Source: a virus. Taken from it: 64,000 nt of DNA. Positions within the stretch are counted from its first letter, which is position 1, and each line of letters begins with the position of its first letter. Below are positions 26,412 to 36,800 of this stretch, piece by piece. The notes beneath the pieces are model-generated. The model was given only the letters and a program-made list of their open reading frames with translations. It did no database searches and was not told where the DNA came from. A program made the translations under genes and the position numbers. Location of the stretch: positions 20,920-84,919 of the IMG/VR virus record IMGVR_UViG_3300017971_000250; one strand, given 5' to 3'.

Positions 26412-29347
26412 AGCTCCACCAGCTCCTTGTAGATTTCGCGGTCGATCGATAGGTCCATCTGCTGCACGCGGTTCAAGACCTGATCGACCTGCTGGTTCCG
26501 ATTCAAAACTAGGTCCGGCTGTGCCGAACGATTGATGCGGATCTCGACTAGCTCCGCCCGGTTCAGTTTCAGGTCCGCCACGAGGATATCACGAACGGCG
26601 GCTCCGAAGTAGACCGTAGCCGAGCCGAACGCGACTGTGGAGGCGATGCCGTTGCCCGAGCAATTGATGACCTGCATCAATTGCTGCACCAGCACCGTTC
26701 CGAAAACGACGCCCGACGCGATCCCGTTCGCCGTGATGTTGAGGTCTAGCTGCGGGCTGCCGAAGGCGGCGGTCGACGCGATCCCGGTCGGGGCAATGGT
26801 GAACCCGACCGAGGCCGTTCCGAAGGCGGCGGTCGACGCGATCCCACTCGGGGCGATATCGAGGGTCAGCTTTGCCGTGCCGAAGGTAGCCGTGGAGGCG
26901 ATGCCGCTCGGGGCGATGCTGAGATTTAGCTGCGGGCTGCCGAGCGTAGCCGTGGAGGCGATGCCGCTCGGGGCGATGCTCAGCTTGACGTGGGCCGTGC
27001 CGAAGGTAGCCGTGGAGGCGATCCCCGTACAGGTGATCGTTTGCGGTCCCGCTTCCGGCTGGACCGTAGCGGTCCCGAACGCGACCGTGGGGGCGATACC
27101 GTTCGCCGTGATGTTGAGGTCTAGCTGCGGGCTGCCGAAGGCGGCGGTAGGGGTGATGCCCGTGGGGGCGATGCTCAGCTTGACGTGGGCGGTGCCGAAG
27201 ACGGCGGTAGGGGCGATGCCGCTCGGTGCGACATCCTGATCCGGAGAGACCGTAGCGGCCCCGAACGCCGCCGTGGGGGCAATGCCCGTCGTAGTGATAT
27301 TGAGGTCTAGCTGCGGAGTCCCGAAGGCGGTCGTGGAGGCGATCCCGTTGCCGGAGCAGTCGATTGTTTGCCCCGTCGTGACCGAGGCCGCTCCGAACGC
27401 GACCGTGGAGGCGATCCCGCTTGCCGTGATGTTGAGGTCTAGCTGCGGGGCCCCGAACGCAGCCGTGGAGGCAATACCACTCGGGGCGATGCTCAACTTG
27501 ACGTGGGCGGTTCCGAAGGCGGCGGTAGGAGCAATGCCGCTCGGGGCGACATCCTGCTCGGGCGCTACTGTTGCCGTTCCGAAGGCGGCGGTAGGAGCGA
27601 TGCCTGTGGGAGTGATGTTGAGGTCTAGCTTCGCGGTTCCGAAGGCGACCGTGGGAGCAATGCCCGAGCAGATGATTGTTTGTCCCGCTGCTACCGTCGC
27701 GGTTCCGAACGCGACCGTGGAGGCGATGCCGCTCGGGGCGATGCTCAGCTTGACGTGGGCCGTGCCGAAAGCGGTCGTGGAGGCGATGCCGTTTGCCGTG
27801 ATGTTGAGGTCCAGCTTCGCGGTGCCGAAGGCGGCGGCTGGAGGAATCCCGCTTGGGGCGACGTTGAGGTCTAGCTGCGCCGTTCCGAACGCGACCGTGG
27901 AGGCGATTCCGGACGGAGCGACTTCCTGATCAGGTGCTACCGTCGCGGTTCCGAACGCGACCGTGGAGGCGATGCCGTTCGCCGTGATGTTGAGGTCTAG
28001 CTTCGCGGTTCCGAAGGCTGCTGTTGGCGCAACACCACTCGCCGTGATGTTGAGGTCTAGCTTCGCGGTTCCGAACGCGACCGTGGAGGCGATGCCGTGG
28101 TCGGTGCAGTCGATCTCCTGCGCTACTTGCGTCTCGACCGTGGCGGTTCCGAAGGCGACGCCCGACGCGATACCGTTCGCCGTGATGTTGAGGTCTAGCT
28201 TCGCGGTTCCGAACGCGACCGTGGAGGCGATGCCGTTACCCGAGCAACTGATCGCTTGCTCGGGCTTGACTAGGATCTCGCAATAGATCGCCGTGCAGCG
28301 CCCCGTGCCAAGGGAGAAGACGTTGAGATGAACGCCGCCCTGGTAGTCGTTGAAATAGGTCGGCGTCCAGGGATCGTTCGTGTGCCCGAAGTCGACGAGG
28401 TCCATCTTCGTGCGGAAGACATAAGAGCTTCCAGGATTGTTATTCGTGGTCGTCGTATCGTCGACGCTGTTCGACCGCGAAATGTAGCGCAGATTGATCG
28501 TCCCACCAGCCGTTTTCACAACATAATAGAGACGCAGGCAGGCGATCACGTCGCCATCGTTCATCCCGACCGTCGAGTAGTTTTCGAAGGTGACTAGCTC
28601 TTTCTGCCCATTCGTGAGAGAAGAAATGTAGTCGGAGTCGCTGGTGTGGGGCAATTCGTCGACGTCGGTGTAGTCACCACTCCATGCTGTATAGTAGCCA
28701 TTCCCGTCAGGCAGCGCGATCGGGACCTCGAACTCCGAGTCCATCCGGCTCGTGTCGACAACAAAATCGTCAATGTAGATCGTGAAGGCGCTAGAGCTTC
28801 GACGGATGTAGTCGCCAAAGTAAATCCGGTCGGCCGACTCGCTCGAAAAGTCCGCAGTCCCGGAGTACTCAAGATCGCCATTGATGTGAAGCTCATAGTT
28901 ACCAGACGCCCCGCCGTCGCACCGCACCTCGATCCGATACCAGGTATCGGTTGCGAGGACCGTCGTCCCGGTGCCCTGCTCGTTGCTGTTCTTGTCGTAG
29001 AGATTGAGCTTCCCGTCGCTGGTGAGCCCGATGTAGCACATCTGCTTATTCGTCTGCGTGCGATACTGGAGGATCTCTTCGTGGCCAGACGAAGGGCGCG
29101 ACGCCGCGCGGAGATAGAAGCAGACCCACGCCGGGCTGATACCGAGAAACGTCGCCAGCGTGCCTTCAGCATTGCCGGAGGCGTCGCCAATCGAGGCGTA
29201 GTTTGTCGTCGCGCCGTCACCAGTGATCTTCATAGACCGATCACCAGTGCGGACAATCGAAGACTCTAGTGCGACCGATCCGCTCGTGACCAGGAAGTAG
29301 GCTGTTAGGTCACGAACCTCCAGGCCGCCGAAGGCGCGCAACGCCAC
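26408..29347 (-). CDS. Fibre-like virion protein: lectin-like N-terminal domain plus 26 tandem ~20-aa repeats
   Basis: DTWYRIEV...INGD...IYIDDF beta-sandwich signature, followed by GIASTxAFGxxxLxLxIxxx repeats. Confidence 0.75.
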   Translation of the reverse strand: MALRAFGGLEVRDLTAYFLVTSGSVALESSIVRTGDRSMKITGDGATTNYASIGDASGNAEGTLATFLGISPAWVCFYLRAASRPSSGHEEILQYRTQTNKQMCYIGLTSDGKLNLYDKNSNEQGTGTTVLATDTWYRIEVRCDGGASGNYELHINGDLEYSGTADFSSESADRIYFGDYIRRSSSAFTIYIDDFVVDTSRMDSEFEVPIALPDGNGYYTAWSGDYTDVDELPHTSDSDYISSLTNGQKELVTFENYSTVGMNDGDVIACLRLYYVVKTAGGTINLRYISRSNSVDDTTTTNNNPGSSYVFRTKMDLVDFGHTNDPWTPTYFNDYQGGVHLNVFSLGTGRCTAIYCEILVKPEQAISCSGNGIASTVAFGTAKLDLNITANGIASGVAFGTATVETQVAQEIDCTDHGIASTVAFGTAKLDLNITASGVAPTAAFGTAKLDLNITANGIASTVAFGTATVAPDQEVAPSGIASTVAFGTAQLDLNVAPSGIPPAAAFGTAKLDLNITANGIASTTAFGTAHVKLSIAPSGIASTVAFGTATVAAGQTIICSGIAPTVAFGTAKLDLNITPTGIAPTAAFGTATVAPEQDVAPSGIAPTAAFGTAHVKLSIAPSGIASTAAFGAPQLDLNITASGIASTVAFGAASVTTGQTIDCSGNGIASTTAFGTPQLDLNITTTGIAPTAAFGAATVSPDQDVAPSGIAPTAVFGTAHVKLSIAPTGITPTAAFGSPQLDLNITANGIAPTVAFGTATVQPEAGPQTITCTGIASTATFGTAHVKLSIAPSGIASTATLGSPQLNLSIAPSGIASTATFGTAKLTLDIAPSGIASTAAFGTASVGFTIAPTGIASTAAFGSPQLDLNITANGIASGVVFGTVLVQQLMQVINCSGNGIASTVAFGSATVYFGAAVRDILVADLKLNRAELVEIRINRSAQPDLVLNRNQQVDQVLNRVQQMDLSIDREIYKELVEL
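26610..28235 (-). repeat. Coding tandem repeat, units of about 60-78 bp
   Basis: Recurrent CCGAACGCGACCGTGGAGGCGAT and GTGATGTTGAGGTCTAGCT blocks on the plus strand. Confidence 0.9.
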
Positions 29348-29353
29348 GGAACT

Positions 29354-29788
29354 CTACTCTTTCTCAAAACACCGGCCCCCCGGACAGTGATAGTCCGAAG
29401 ACCGAATTCCTGGAGGATCTTTCATTTTCCAAAGCTCCAGATTCTCGGGACGGTTATCATCTCGCTTCCCATTCTTGTGATGGACCCGTTCTCCCGAAAG
29501 AAGGGGGCGGCCAAGGATTCGAGACATGACAAAACGGTGTTCGAGCACATAGACCCCCCGTTTCCCCCAGGTGCTTCCCGAAGCATTGGGATGTCCTGGC
29601 GCATACCGCCAGATGTAGCCATTTGGTCCCCGAATTTTCTGTCGTGGCTTTCGCTCTCCCTGCCGCCATTCCCTCTTCCGCGCACAGGAACGCGAACAGG
29701 TCCTCACCCTACCATCGGGCCGTTGTTTGAATTCGCCACCACAAATGGGACAGATCGCGGCAACCCATCGCCTTTGTTCCAGTTGCAT
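29354..29788 (-). CDS. Free-standing HNH homing endonuclease
   Basis: ATG 29788 behind AAAGGAGG. CPICGGEF..CSRSC, then YVLEHRFVM..LGRPL..GERVHHKNGKRDDNRPENLELW. Confidence 0.92.
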   Translation of the reverse strand: MQLEQRRWVAAICPICGGEFKQRPDGRVRTCSRSCARKREWRQGERKPRQKIRGPNGYIWRYAPGHPNASGSTWGKRGVYVLEHRFVMSRILGRPLLSGERVHHKNGKRDDNRPENLELWKMKDPPGIRSSDYHCPGGRCFEKE

Positions 29789-29793
29789 TGATC

Positions 29794-29818
29794 GGTTCCT
29801 CCTTTCCAAAGGAGAACC
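29794..29818 (-). promoter_or_regulatory. Hairpin sequestering the HNH Shine-Dalgarno
   Basis: mRNA GGUUCUCCUUU-GG-AAAGGAGGAACC; the 3' arm is the RBS. Confidence 0.7.
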
Positions 29819-29838
29819 TACCAATGGGACTATAGTGC

Positions 29839-30273
29839 CTACAAGGCAAAGATCTTATTCGCGCCCGAGTCCCAGGTGACATTGATGTCGCCGTCGTTCG
29901 GGGTCACCGGGAGCCCCGTCGCCGTGTCGATGAAGGCGATCAGCGGGCTCGTCGAGGCGGTCCCCGTGTCCTTGTAGATCACGAGCGACTCGCACGGGTC
30001 TCCGGACGCGACCGCAGAGAAGACCGTATCAGCCGCGTCGAAGACGCCACCCGTGATCGCCTTCGAGCTAAGGTTCGCCGTCGTCGCCACGATCCCCGCC
30101 GAGATGTCGTCGAGGTACTCATCGGTCGCCGGGACCGGAGTATCGAGCGCGTGGTCGACAAGGCAGACCTTGATGTTGTCGTCGATCAGGTCGACCGCCG
30201 TACCGCTCGTGGTTCCGAGCGTGCCGGGGTCCATGATCTTCTCCTTGTACTTCGTGAAGAGCGCGTTTGCCAT
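29839..30273 (-). CDS. Conserved minor tail/virion protein
   Basis: Start reassigned to ATG 30273 (GGAGGAGG). MANALF...GVFDAAD...LIAFIDTATGLPVTPNDGDINVTWD.GANKIF. Confidence 0.8.
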   Translation of the reverse strand: MANALFTKYKEKIMDPGTLGTTSGTAVDLIDDNIKVCLVDHALDTPVPATDEYLDDISAGIVATTANLSSKAITGGVFDAADTVFSAVASGDPCESLVIYKDTGTASTSPLIAFIDTATGLPVTPNDGDINVTWDSGANKIFAL

Positions 30274-30284
30274 TGTTCCTCCTC

Positions 30285-30878
30285 CTAGAACACCGTGCAG
30301 GTGTTCGTCACAGGCAACGGCCCCGTTGGCGGCGGGGTCGTATCGAGACCACTGATCAGGACCGTCACGTCCGCCGTGGTCGCGTTGTGAAAGCACTGCG
30401 CGATCGCGAGCGCTTTCGCTGCTCCATCCGTGGAGAGATTATTGAACTCGGAAAGCAGCGCCGCCTGAAGCGACGTCCCGACGGCCGCTATCACCGCGCT
30501 CGTGTTCTCCACTGCGAAAATCTTAGTGCCCGATCCCTGGTTTGCACAGGGCGGACTTCCCGTCCCCGAAATCAGCGAGCCGACCGCGAAGCTCCCCCCG
30601 GTCCAGTAGGCGACGAATGCGGCCGCCATCGCCGCCGCCGCATCGGCCGCCGTCCAGGTGCTCAGCATCGCATTGAGCGCCGAGCGGAATCCGGACGGGG
30701 ACTTCGAGGCGACCGAATCGCCGGAGTAGTCCTCCGCATCGCTCGCGTAGGTGTCATAAGCGTCACGGATCCGGTCCAGCGCCTCCGAGCGCGTGCTCGA
30801 CCAGTAGAACCCCCCGGCCCCGGGATCGAACATCGGCAGGAACTCGTCCCGCAGTTTCGTGACGCTGAGGCTCATCAC
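30285..30878 (-). CDS. Hypothetical baseplate-region protein
   Basis: Coupled to the spike gene. Confidence 0.7.
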   Translation of the reverse strand: MMSLSVTKLRDEFLPMFDPGAGGFYWSSTRSEALDRIRDAYDTYASDAEDYSGDSVASKSPSGFRSALNAMLSTWTAADAAAAMAAAFVAYWTGGSFAVGSLISGTGSPPCANQGSGTKIFAVENTSAVIAAVGTSLQAALLSEFNNLSTDGAAKALAIAQCFHNATTADVTVLISGLDTTPPPTGPLPVTNTCTVF

Positions 30879-31678
30879 TTCACCTTGTGGTTTGATGAGA
30901 GCGCGCTCGACGGCAGGTTCGTCTCCGATACCGTCGGCGGTCCGCTCGGCCCCGTACCCGTAGGATGGATGTGCGCATTGTACTTCGAGACGTGACCGTC
31001 GAGCCAGGTCTTGACGTCGTCGCCCCGGAGAATCGCCTGGGTTGCTCCCTTGTCAAGTTTGATATTCGTCGCGTGAACCGTGGTCGTTCCGTCCGCCGCC
31101 ATCACGATAAACGAATCGCTCGCCTTGGATTGGATCGTTACCGTCCCATCGGGCTCCATCTTCAGAAGCGTCTCGTCCTCGGTAGACTGCAGCGTGATCA
31201 CGCCGTCTTGATCCATCTCAAAAAACGTGATCCGGTTCTTGTGCTTGACCGTGATCACCTCGGCGTCCTTGGTATCGTCGAAGATCACGACGTGCCCGCT
31301 CGGTGACATAAAACCCCGGCGCTTCGGGTAGTTGGCCTCCGTGAAATGCGCCGGGGGCTTGAGCGCCATCGAGAACGGCCCCGTCAGGTAGCGAGTCGTC
31401 TTGGGATTGGAAACGAAGCTCTCCCAGGGTGCCGAGTCCCCACTTGCCTCGATCAGCACCTCCAGGATCACGCGCGTCTCTAGCTCCGGGATGAAGAACC
31501 AGCCTGCCCCACCTGTGGCGTCCATCGTCGGCTTCGATGCGCAGCCGCCCGCAGGCGGGATCCAAAACGGAAGCGCGATGCCCTTGGCAACCAGGTCCTG
31601 GCACTCGACCTTGATGCGTCCGAGCTTCTCGGGATCGTCGTTATCCGTAACGATTGCGTTATAGCGTTCCCACTTCAT
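30875..31678 (-). CDS. Baseplate central spike (gpV/gp5 OB-fold)
   Basis: VTDNDDPEKLGRIKV, GWFFIPE, SGHVVIFDD, YNAHIHPTGTGPSGPP. Confidence 0.88.
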   Translation of the reverse strand: MKWERYNAIVTDNDDPEKLGRIKVECQDLVAKGIALPFWIPPAGGCASKPTMDATGGAGWFFIPELETRVILEVLIEASGDSAPWESFVSNPKTTRYLTGPFSMALKPPAHFTEANYPKRRGFMSPSGHVVIFDDTKDAEVITVKHKNRITFFEMDQDGVITLQSTEDETLLKMEPDGTVTIQSKASDSFIVMAADGTTTVHATNIKLDKGATQAILRGDDVKTWLDGHVSKYNAHIHPTGTGPSGPPTVSETNLPSSALSSNHKVK

Positions 31679-33003
31679 ACCAGCACCTTGTTTGCGATGA
31701 ACTCGGTCTCGTAGGCGAGCCCGCCGCCGAGGTCCATCTTGTGACGCACTGCGTGGAAATAGTACGCGCCGGAGAGCCGTGGCCCGAGCCCCTGTAGCTC
31801 ATGGACCTGTCGCTTCTGAAGTAGCTCGCAGCCGACGGTCTTCCCGCGCGCCATGACGAAGTGATCCTTCCGCTGCCGGAACCACTCGGTCGCCCAGTTT
31901 GCTGCCTCGGCCAGGCCCCCGAAAGGCCGCCCCGCAATGACGTCGATCGAGACGCCGCCCGCCGCCATTCGGAATTTCGTGCTGCTGGTGATCGCGTCCA
32001 TCAGCACCTCCTCCGAAGCGCCCGCGCCCTCCTCGGGATCCTCGGTGCCCTCCGCCTGGGTCCGCCGACTCGCGCGCCCGGTCCCCTTGCGCCATTTCGG
32101 ATCCGGCCCCATTGCGTTCTCGACCAGGACGGTGCTGACCCAGGAATGGTAGTCCTCGCTCCAAGCTAGAACGTGGACGTCCGTGATCGTATCGCGGATC
32201 CCATAGTCAAGCTCGATTTCCAGGAGCGTACTCTCGTCGCCTTCGTTGTACTTGAAGACCAGCTCAGGCTTGATGTTGTAGCGCTCCGGGATGCGCTTCC
32301 AATTGCAAACCCAACGCCGCAGGTCGCGGTCCCAATCGATCCAGAACTCGAAGTTGTTGAGCGTGGCCAGGATGCGAAGGAACTCGTAGTCGGACATTCC
32401 TTTCGGCTGGACGAGCCCCTCGCCCGGCTCAAAGGTCTTCGCGCTCGTGATCGGATCGATGTTCGGATGCAGGCCCCACTTCTTTGCGATCTCGCGCACG
32501 ATTTCGTGGTGCTGCTTCTCGACATAGACCTGCCCGGAGTCCTCCTTCTTTTCGTTCGTGGGGTCCTCGACGGCCGCGCGCACGCGCGTCTCTGCACCGC
32601 CCGTGATCTCGCCTTCCATGTTCATCAGGAAGAACGCCTTGTCGTGACCGAGAATCTCCAGCATGGGAACGCCGTCGGCAGGGAACTGCGGAAGGTGACG
32701 CGCAAGGATCGCGCGCCCGATAAACTTAAGGCTCGCCTCGCCTCCGTATCCCATGAAGACATCGACCTCGTTGCCGGGCTGAAAAACCTTGTGGGACACC
32801 AGGTCGGGAGGCAGGTCGCCGGAGGTGAAACCGAAGCCCTGGTTGATAACCGAGATGCGAAGCTCGTCGGATAGGTCAACCGCCGACTCGAATTCGACGG
32901 TGCTGATCAGGCGCGAAATGTCCCCCGTGACATCGTTGCCCTCAACGACGAGAGCGACGCGCGGGACGAGGTCCTCTCCGTATGCTCGCTCGACCAATGC
33001 CAT
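31675..33003 (-). CDS. Baseplate hub (late control D-like)
   Basis: VFQPGNEVDVFMGY, GMSDYEFL, LGPRLSGAYYFHAVRH. Confidence 0.85.
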   Translation of the reverse strand: MALVERAYGEDLVPRVALVVEGNDVTGDISRLISTVEFESAVDLSDELRISVINQGFGFTSGDLPPDLVSHKVFQPGNEVDVFMGYGGEASLKFIGRAILARHLPQFPADGVPMLEILGHDKAFFLMNMEGEITGGAETRVRAAVEDPTNEKKEDSGQVYVEKQHHEIVREIAKKWGLHPNIDPITSAKTFEPGEGLVQPKGMSDYEFLRILATLNNFEFWIDWDRDLRRWVCNWKRIPERYNIKPELVFKYNEGDESTLLEIELDYGIRDTITDVHVLAWSEDYHSWVSTVLVENAMGPDPKWRKGTGRASRRTQAEGTEDPEEGAGASEEVLMDAITSSTKFRMAAGGVSIDVIAGRPFGGLAEAANWATEWFRQRKDHFVMARGKTVGCELLQKRQVHELQGLGPRLSGAYYFHAVRHKMDLGGGLAYETEFIANKVLV

Positions 33004-33005
33004 CG

Positions 33006-33824
33006 CTACAACACATGGGACACGCGCGACTTGCGGCGGTCCTCAAAAAGCTCCCTTCGCATCGTGCTCGCCGCAGTCGTCCGCACCAGCGGGATCGAGT
33101 ATGGGGTCGGTGTGAGGCCCCGGAATCGACTCGGCTTCAGGACGTCGACGGTCTGCCCTCCCACCAGGAATTCCTTTGACGGATTGCGCCTCCGTAGGAG
33201 GTCGCCCTTGAGCGCCTCCTTGTAGTGCAGCCGGGCAAGCTCCTCCCAGGTATCCCCGGTCCGGACGATGTGATGAAACGTATCACGGTCCAGATCGGCG
33301 AGGCTCGGAATCTCGATCCCGAACGGCTCGTAGTGCTTCAGGCGCATCCGGAACTGGACGGTGCGTAGCTGCTGTCCCGGGCCGGTCCCGAGCAGCGCCC
33401 CGTAGAGCCGATCAGCAATGACCCCGGTGATCGTATCGTTTGCCCGGGGCTCGCCGTACTCAATGCCGCCGACCGATTCGATAATGACGCTGGTGTCGAT
33501 GATGAAGTCGCCCCAGGAGAAGGTCCAGAGGGGCGGCCGCTTGAGCGTCGCGTTCGCGCGCACCGCCGCGATGAGCGCCTCGACCTTGTCCGAAATCGTG
33601 TCGGTCGTCCGCTCCGCGAAGAGCAGCGCCCGGAAGGAGTAGGTTTCCGATTCCTGCGTGACGTATTGGAGCACGGGATGATCGCGTCCGAAGGCGGACT
33701 TCTCCGCCCAATTGGACGCCACGTTTCGAATGAAACGATCCGGGACGAACTGGAACTCGATCGCCCGGTATCCTTCGTCGTTCGGATCCAACCTCGGCTT
33801 CGGTGCTCGTTTCAGAATACCCAT
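33006..33824 (-). CDS. Tube-initiator protein with LysM-like domain
   Basis: FQFVP...PVLQY...RPPLWTFSWG; HIVRTGDTWEELARLHY. Confidence 0.78.
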   Translation of the reverse strand: MGILKRAPKPRLDPNDEGYRAIEFQFVPDRFIRNVASNWAEKSAFGRDHPVLQYVTQESETYSFRALLFAERTTDTISDKVEALIAAVRANATLKRPPLWTFSWGDFIIDTSVIIESVGGIEYGEPRANDTITGVIADRLYGALLGTGPGQQLRTVQFRMRLKHYEPFGIEIPSLADLDRDTFHHIVRTGDTWEELARLHYKEALKGDLLRRRNPSKEFLVGGQTVDVLKPSRFRGLTPTPYSIPLVRTTAASTMRRELFEDRRKSRVSHVL

Positions 33825-33834
33825 CGCTCTGCTC

Positions 33835-36800
33835 CTAGACCCTGACCGGGGTCATGTCGACGGCGCGCACGATCAGCGACCGCCGCTGCCACGGTTTCGT
33901 CTTCGCGCCCGCCCGGTCCCGGATGCCGACGCGATACTTCTCTGTGGCGACTGCGACTTTCTGACCGTCGATCTCGACGTTGGTGACATGAGTCATGTCA
34001 ATTGGTGGGATCTCTTCTCCTTCCTCCTCTCCACGCTTCTCTCTGATCGTCTCCGCTAGCTGCTCCTCAAGTGATTTAGGTTTTCCCCCATACAGCTCCT
34101 CCATCATCTTCTCATAAGGCGTTACCGGATGCGTGGGGGCGAGCGAAATTTCCGATTCGCTAAGCTCGCGGAGTCCCTGGACCGCACCCGACAGGTCGAT
34201 TCCGATCTTCTTCGCAATTCCAGAAATCGAATCCAGGATAGTCGCCAAGATTCCCGCTGCCGTCCGCATTGGGGTGAGGAGCCAATTCACAAGCTGGACG
34301 CCGAATTCTCCGACCTTCCGTGCCGCCTCCGCGAACAGTTTGATCATCGCCGGAAGCACCATCGCAACGTATTTACCCGCTTGAATGAAGAGCCAGACGA
34401 GGGGACGGAACGCGGCCCATAGGATCTTCCCGACGACCACTAGTCCTTTAATCGCCACTCCGATGAGTTTGAAGATGATCACGAGCACGTCAGCAATCGG
34501 GCGCATCGCGGACATCCAGGTGCCGCCAACCTCACCCGCCGCCTGTCCGAACATACCCAATACATCCCCCATGACCGTCCGGAACAGATCACCGATCGGG
34601 GCGACGGCTTCCATGAACGCATCGATCACGGGCCCGAATATCAGGCTGAGTTTGTGCCAGGTTGTTCTCACGAATTCGATCGACTTTCCAAAGCCCGATG
34701 CAATAGCGCCGCCAATACGCCCAAACATCTCACCCGTGCTCTCGCCACGTTTCTGAAGTAGAAGCAGCAGCACACCCACGATCGCCCCGACAATCCCGAG
34801 CGCCTTGAGTGATCCCGCCGCCGCCCCGGCACCTCGGGCAATCCAGGATCCCGCCCGGCCGAAGCGCCCGGCCGCGACGGCCGCCCCGATCAAAGCGCCC
34901 TCGGTCTTCGCCGTCGCCGGAGTCGTCCGCGCTGCCGCTGCCCCGATAGCCTGAAGCCCGGCCGCCGCCGCCGCCGTTCCGCCCGCCGCCTGGGTCCCCG
35001 CCGCCCCAAGGCCCCGAAGCGCACCGGCAGCCCCCGTGATGGGGCCTGTGGCTGTCGTAGCGGCCGTCCCTGCCTCTCCAAGCGCCGTGGCGGTAGCTTG
35101 GACCGGACCGGGAGCCGTTAGGGCCGCTGTGCGCAGCGCTCGCATTGCCGATGCCGCGCTGAGGGTTCCGCCCGCCGCCATCTCGGCTTTGATGGCTTCG
35201 TCGCTCAGCGCCGTCGAGGTCCGGTAGATCGGCGTCGCCGCCTGGGAGGCCGCCGTACCAACCGCCGAGGTCCCGACCGCCGCCGCCTCGGTCGTAGCCG
35301 CTGCCGCTCCAGCCGCCGCGCCCAGGGTCCCGACGCCAGTAGCCGCCGCTGCTGACTCAGCACCGGCAGCAGCCGCTGATGTCCCCATCCCCAGTAGGCC
35401 GCCGCCGAGCCCAGTGACCACGCCGATTGCGCCCCGGACGATGTTGACCCCTCCGGTCAGGATTCCGAAGAGCCCGCCGAAGGCGAACTTCAAACCAACG
35501 ACCGACAGCAACACCGGCCCGGCCACCGCGCCCACGAGCGCGATGGTCGTTGCGAAACGTGCCGCCGCGCGGATCCCTTCCTCACTCATTGACGTTAGTC
35601 CGAGCGCCTCGGCTCCACGCTTGACCGTATCGAAGAGCCCCGTGACCGCGTCGGCAATTCCCTGGACCGCCTCGAAGATCCCCCGAGCGATCGCAACCGC
35701 CGTCTCTGGATTGAGGAAGCTATCCTTCTCCGCCCCCATCATCACCGCAATCGAACCGACCGACTCCATCTGGTCCCGGACATTCTGGAGCGGGTCGGCA
35801 ACGCCCGCCTGGACCGCGCGCATCCCGAAGACGATGCTGTTGAGCCCATCGATCACGCGCCCGATGGCGATAGCAAACGGCTCCTCGAATTTCTCCTCCA
35901 GGGTGATCCAGAATGCCTCGACGGACGCGCCCACCATCTTGAGCGCCCCCGAGACGTTCTTGAGCCGCGTATCGGCCATCCGCTTCGCGGCCCCGTCCGC
36001 ACCCTCGAATTGCTTGGTCAACTCCTGGAGCCGTCCCGCCTCCGTCTTCAGGAGCGCATTCCCGGCACGCATCCCCCGGATCCCGAATAGCGTCTGCAGC
36101 GCGCTCTCCTTCTGGACCGGGGTGAGCTTTTCGAGCCCTGTGCGAAGACGATCAACAACCGTTCCGAGACCGTAGGTTGTCACGCTAACCTGGTGTGCCT
36201 GCAGCCCCATATCCATGAGCAGCTTCTTCGCCTGCTTCGATGGGCTCGCCAGGTGGATCAGCATTTGCGAGAAGTTTGTCCCCGCCATCGACGCGCGGAC
36301 ACCACGGTCGGCCATGACCGCAAAGGCGGCCGTCGTCTCTTCGAGGCTGATATTCATCATCGACGCCTGCGCCGCGCCGTAGACGAACGACTCCCCGAGC
36401 ATTCGGATGTTCGTATTGGCGCTGGCCGCCGCGTTCGCAAGGACATCGGCAACGTGCCCCGCGTCGCTGGCGTCGAGGTTCATCCCCCGGACCGCGATGG
36501 AGATGATATCGGCGGCCTCGGCCATCTCCAGCCCTTCGGCTGCGGCTGCGGCAAGAACACCCGGGGTCGCCCCCAGGACTTCGTTGACGTTGAAGCCCGC
36601 GCGGGAGAGAATCTCCATCGCGTTAGCGACCTGGGTTCCGGTGTAGACGGTCTGTAGAGATAGATCGACGGCGTTCTGACGCAGCCGACTCATGTCCTCG
36701 CTGGTTGCATTCGTGATCGCCTGGACGCCGGACATTCCCTCGTTGAACTTCGTCGCGGAGCGGACGCCCATAGCGACCGGGACGGTGAGCGCAAGAAGGG

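Noticed and set aside
26610-28235. Possible CRISPR array or DGR template/variable repeats
   Set aside because: The units are in-frame coding repeats without unique spacers, no adenine-specific variation was noticed, and there is no cas or reverse transcriptase gene in the window.
29390-29833. 7-bp inverted match (ATAGTCC/GGACTAT) near the ends of the HNH insert
   Set aside because: Too short to distinguish from chance.
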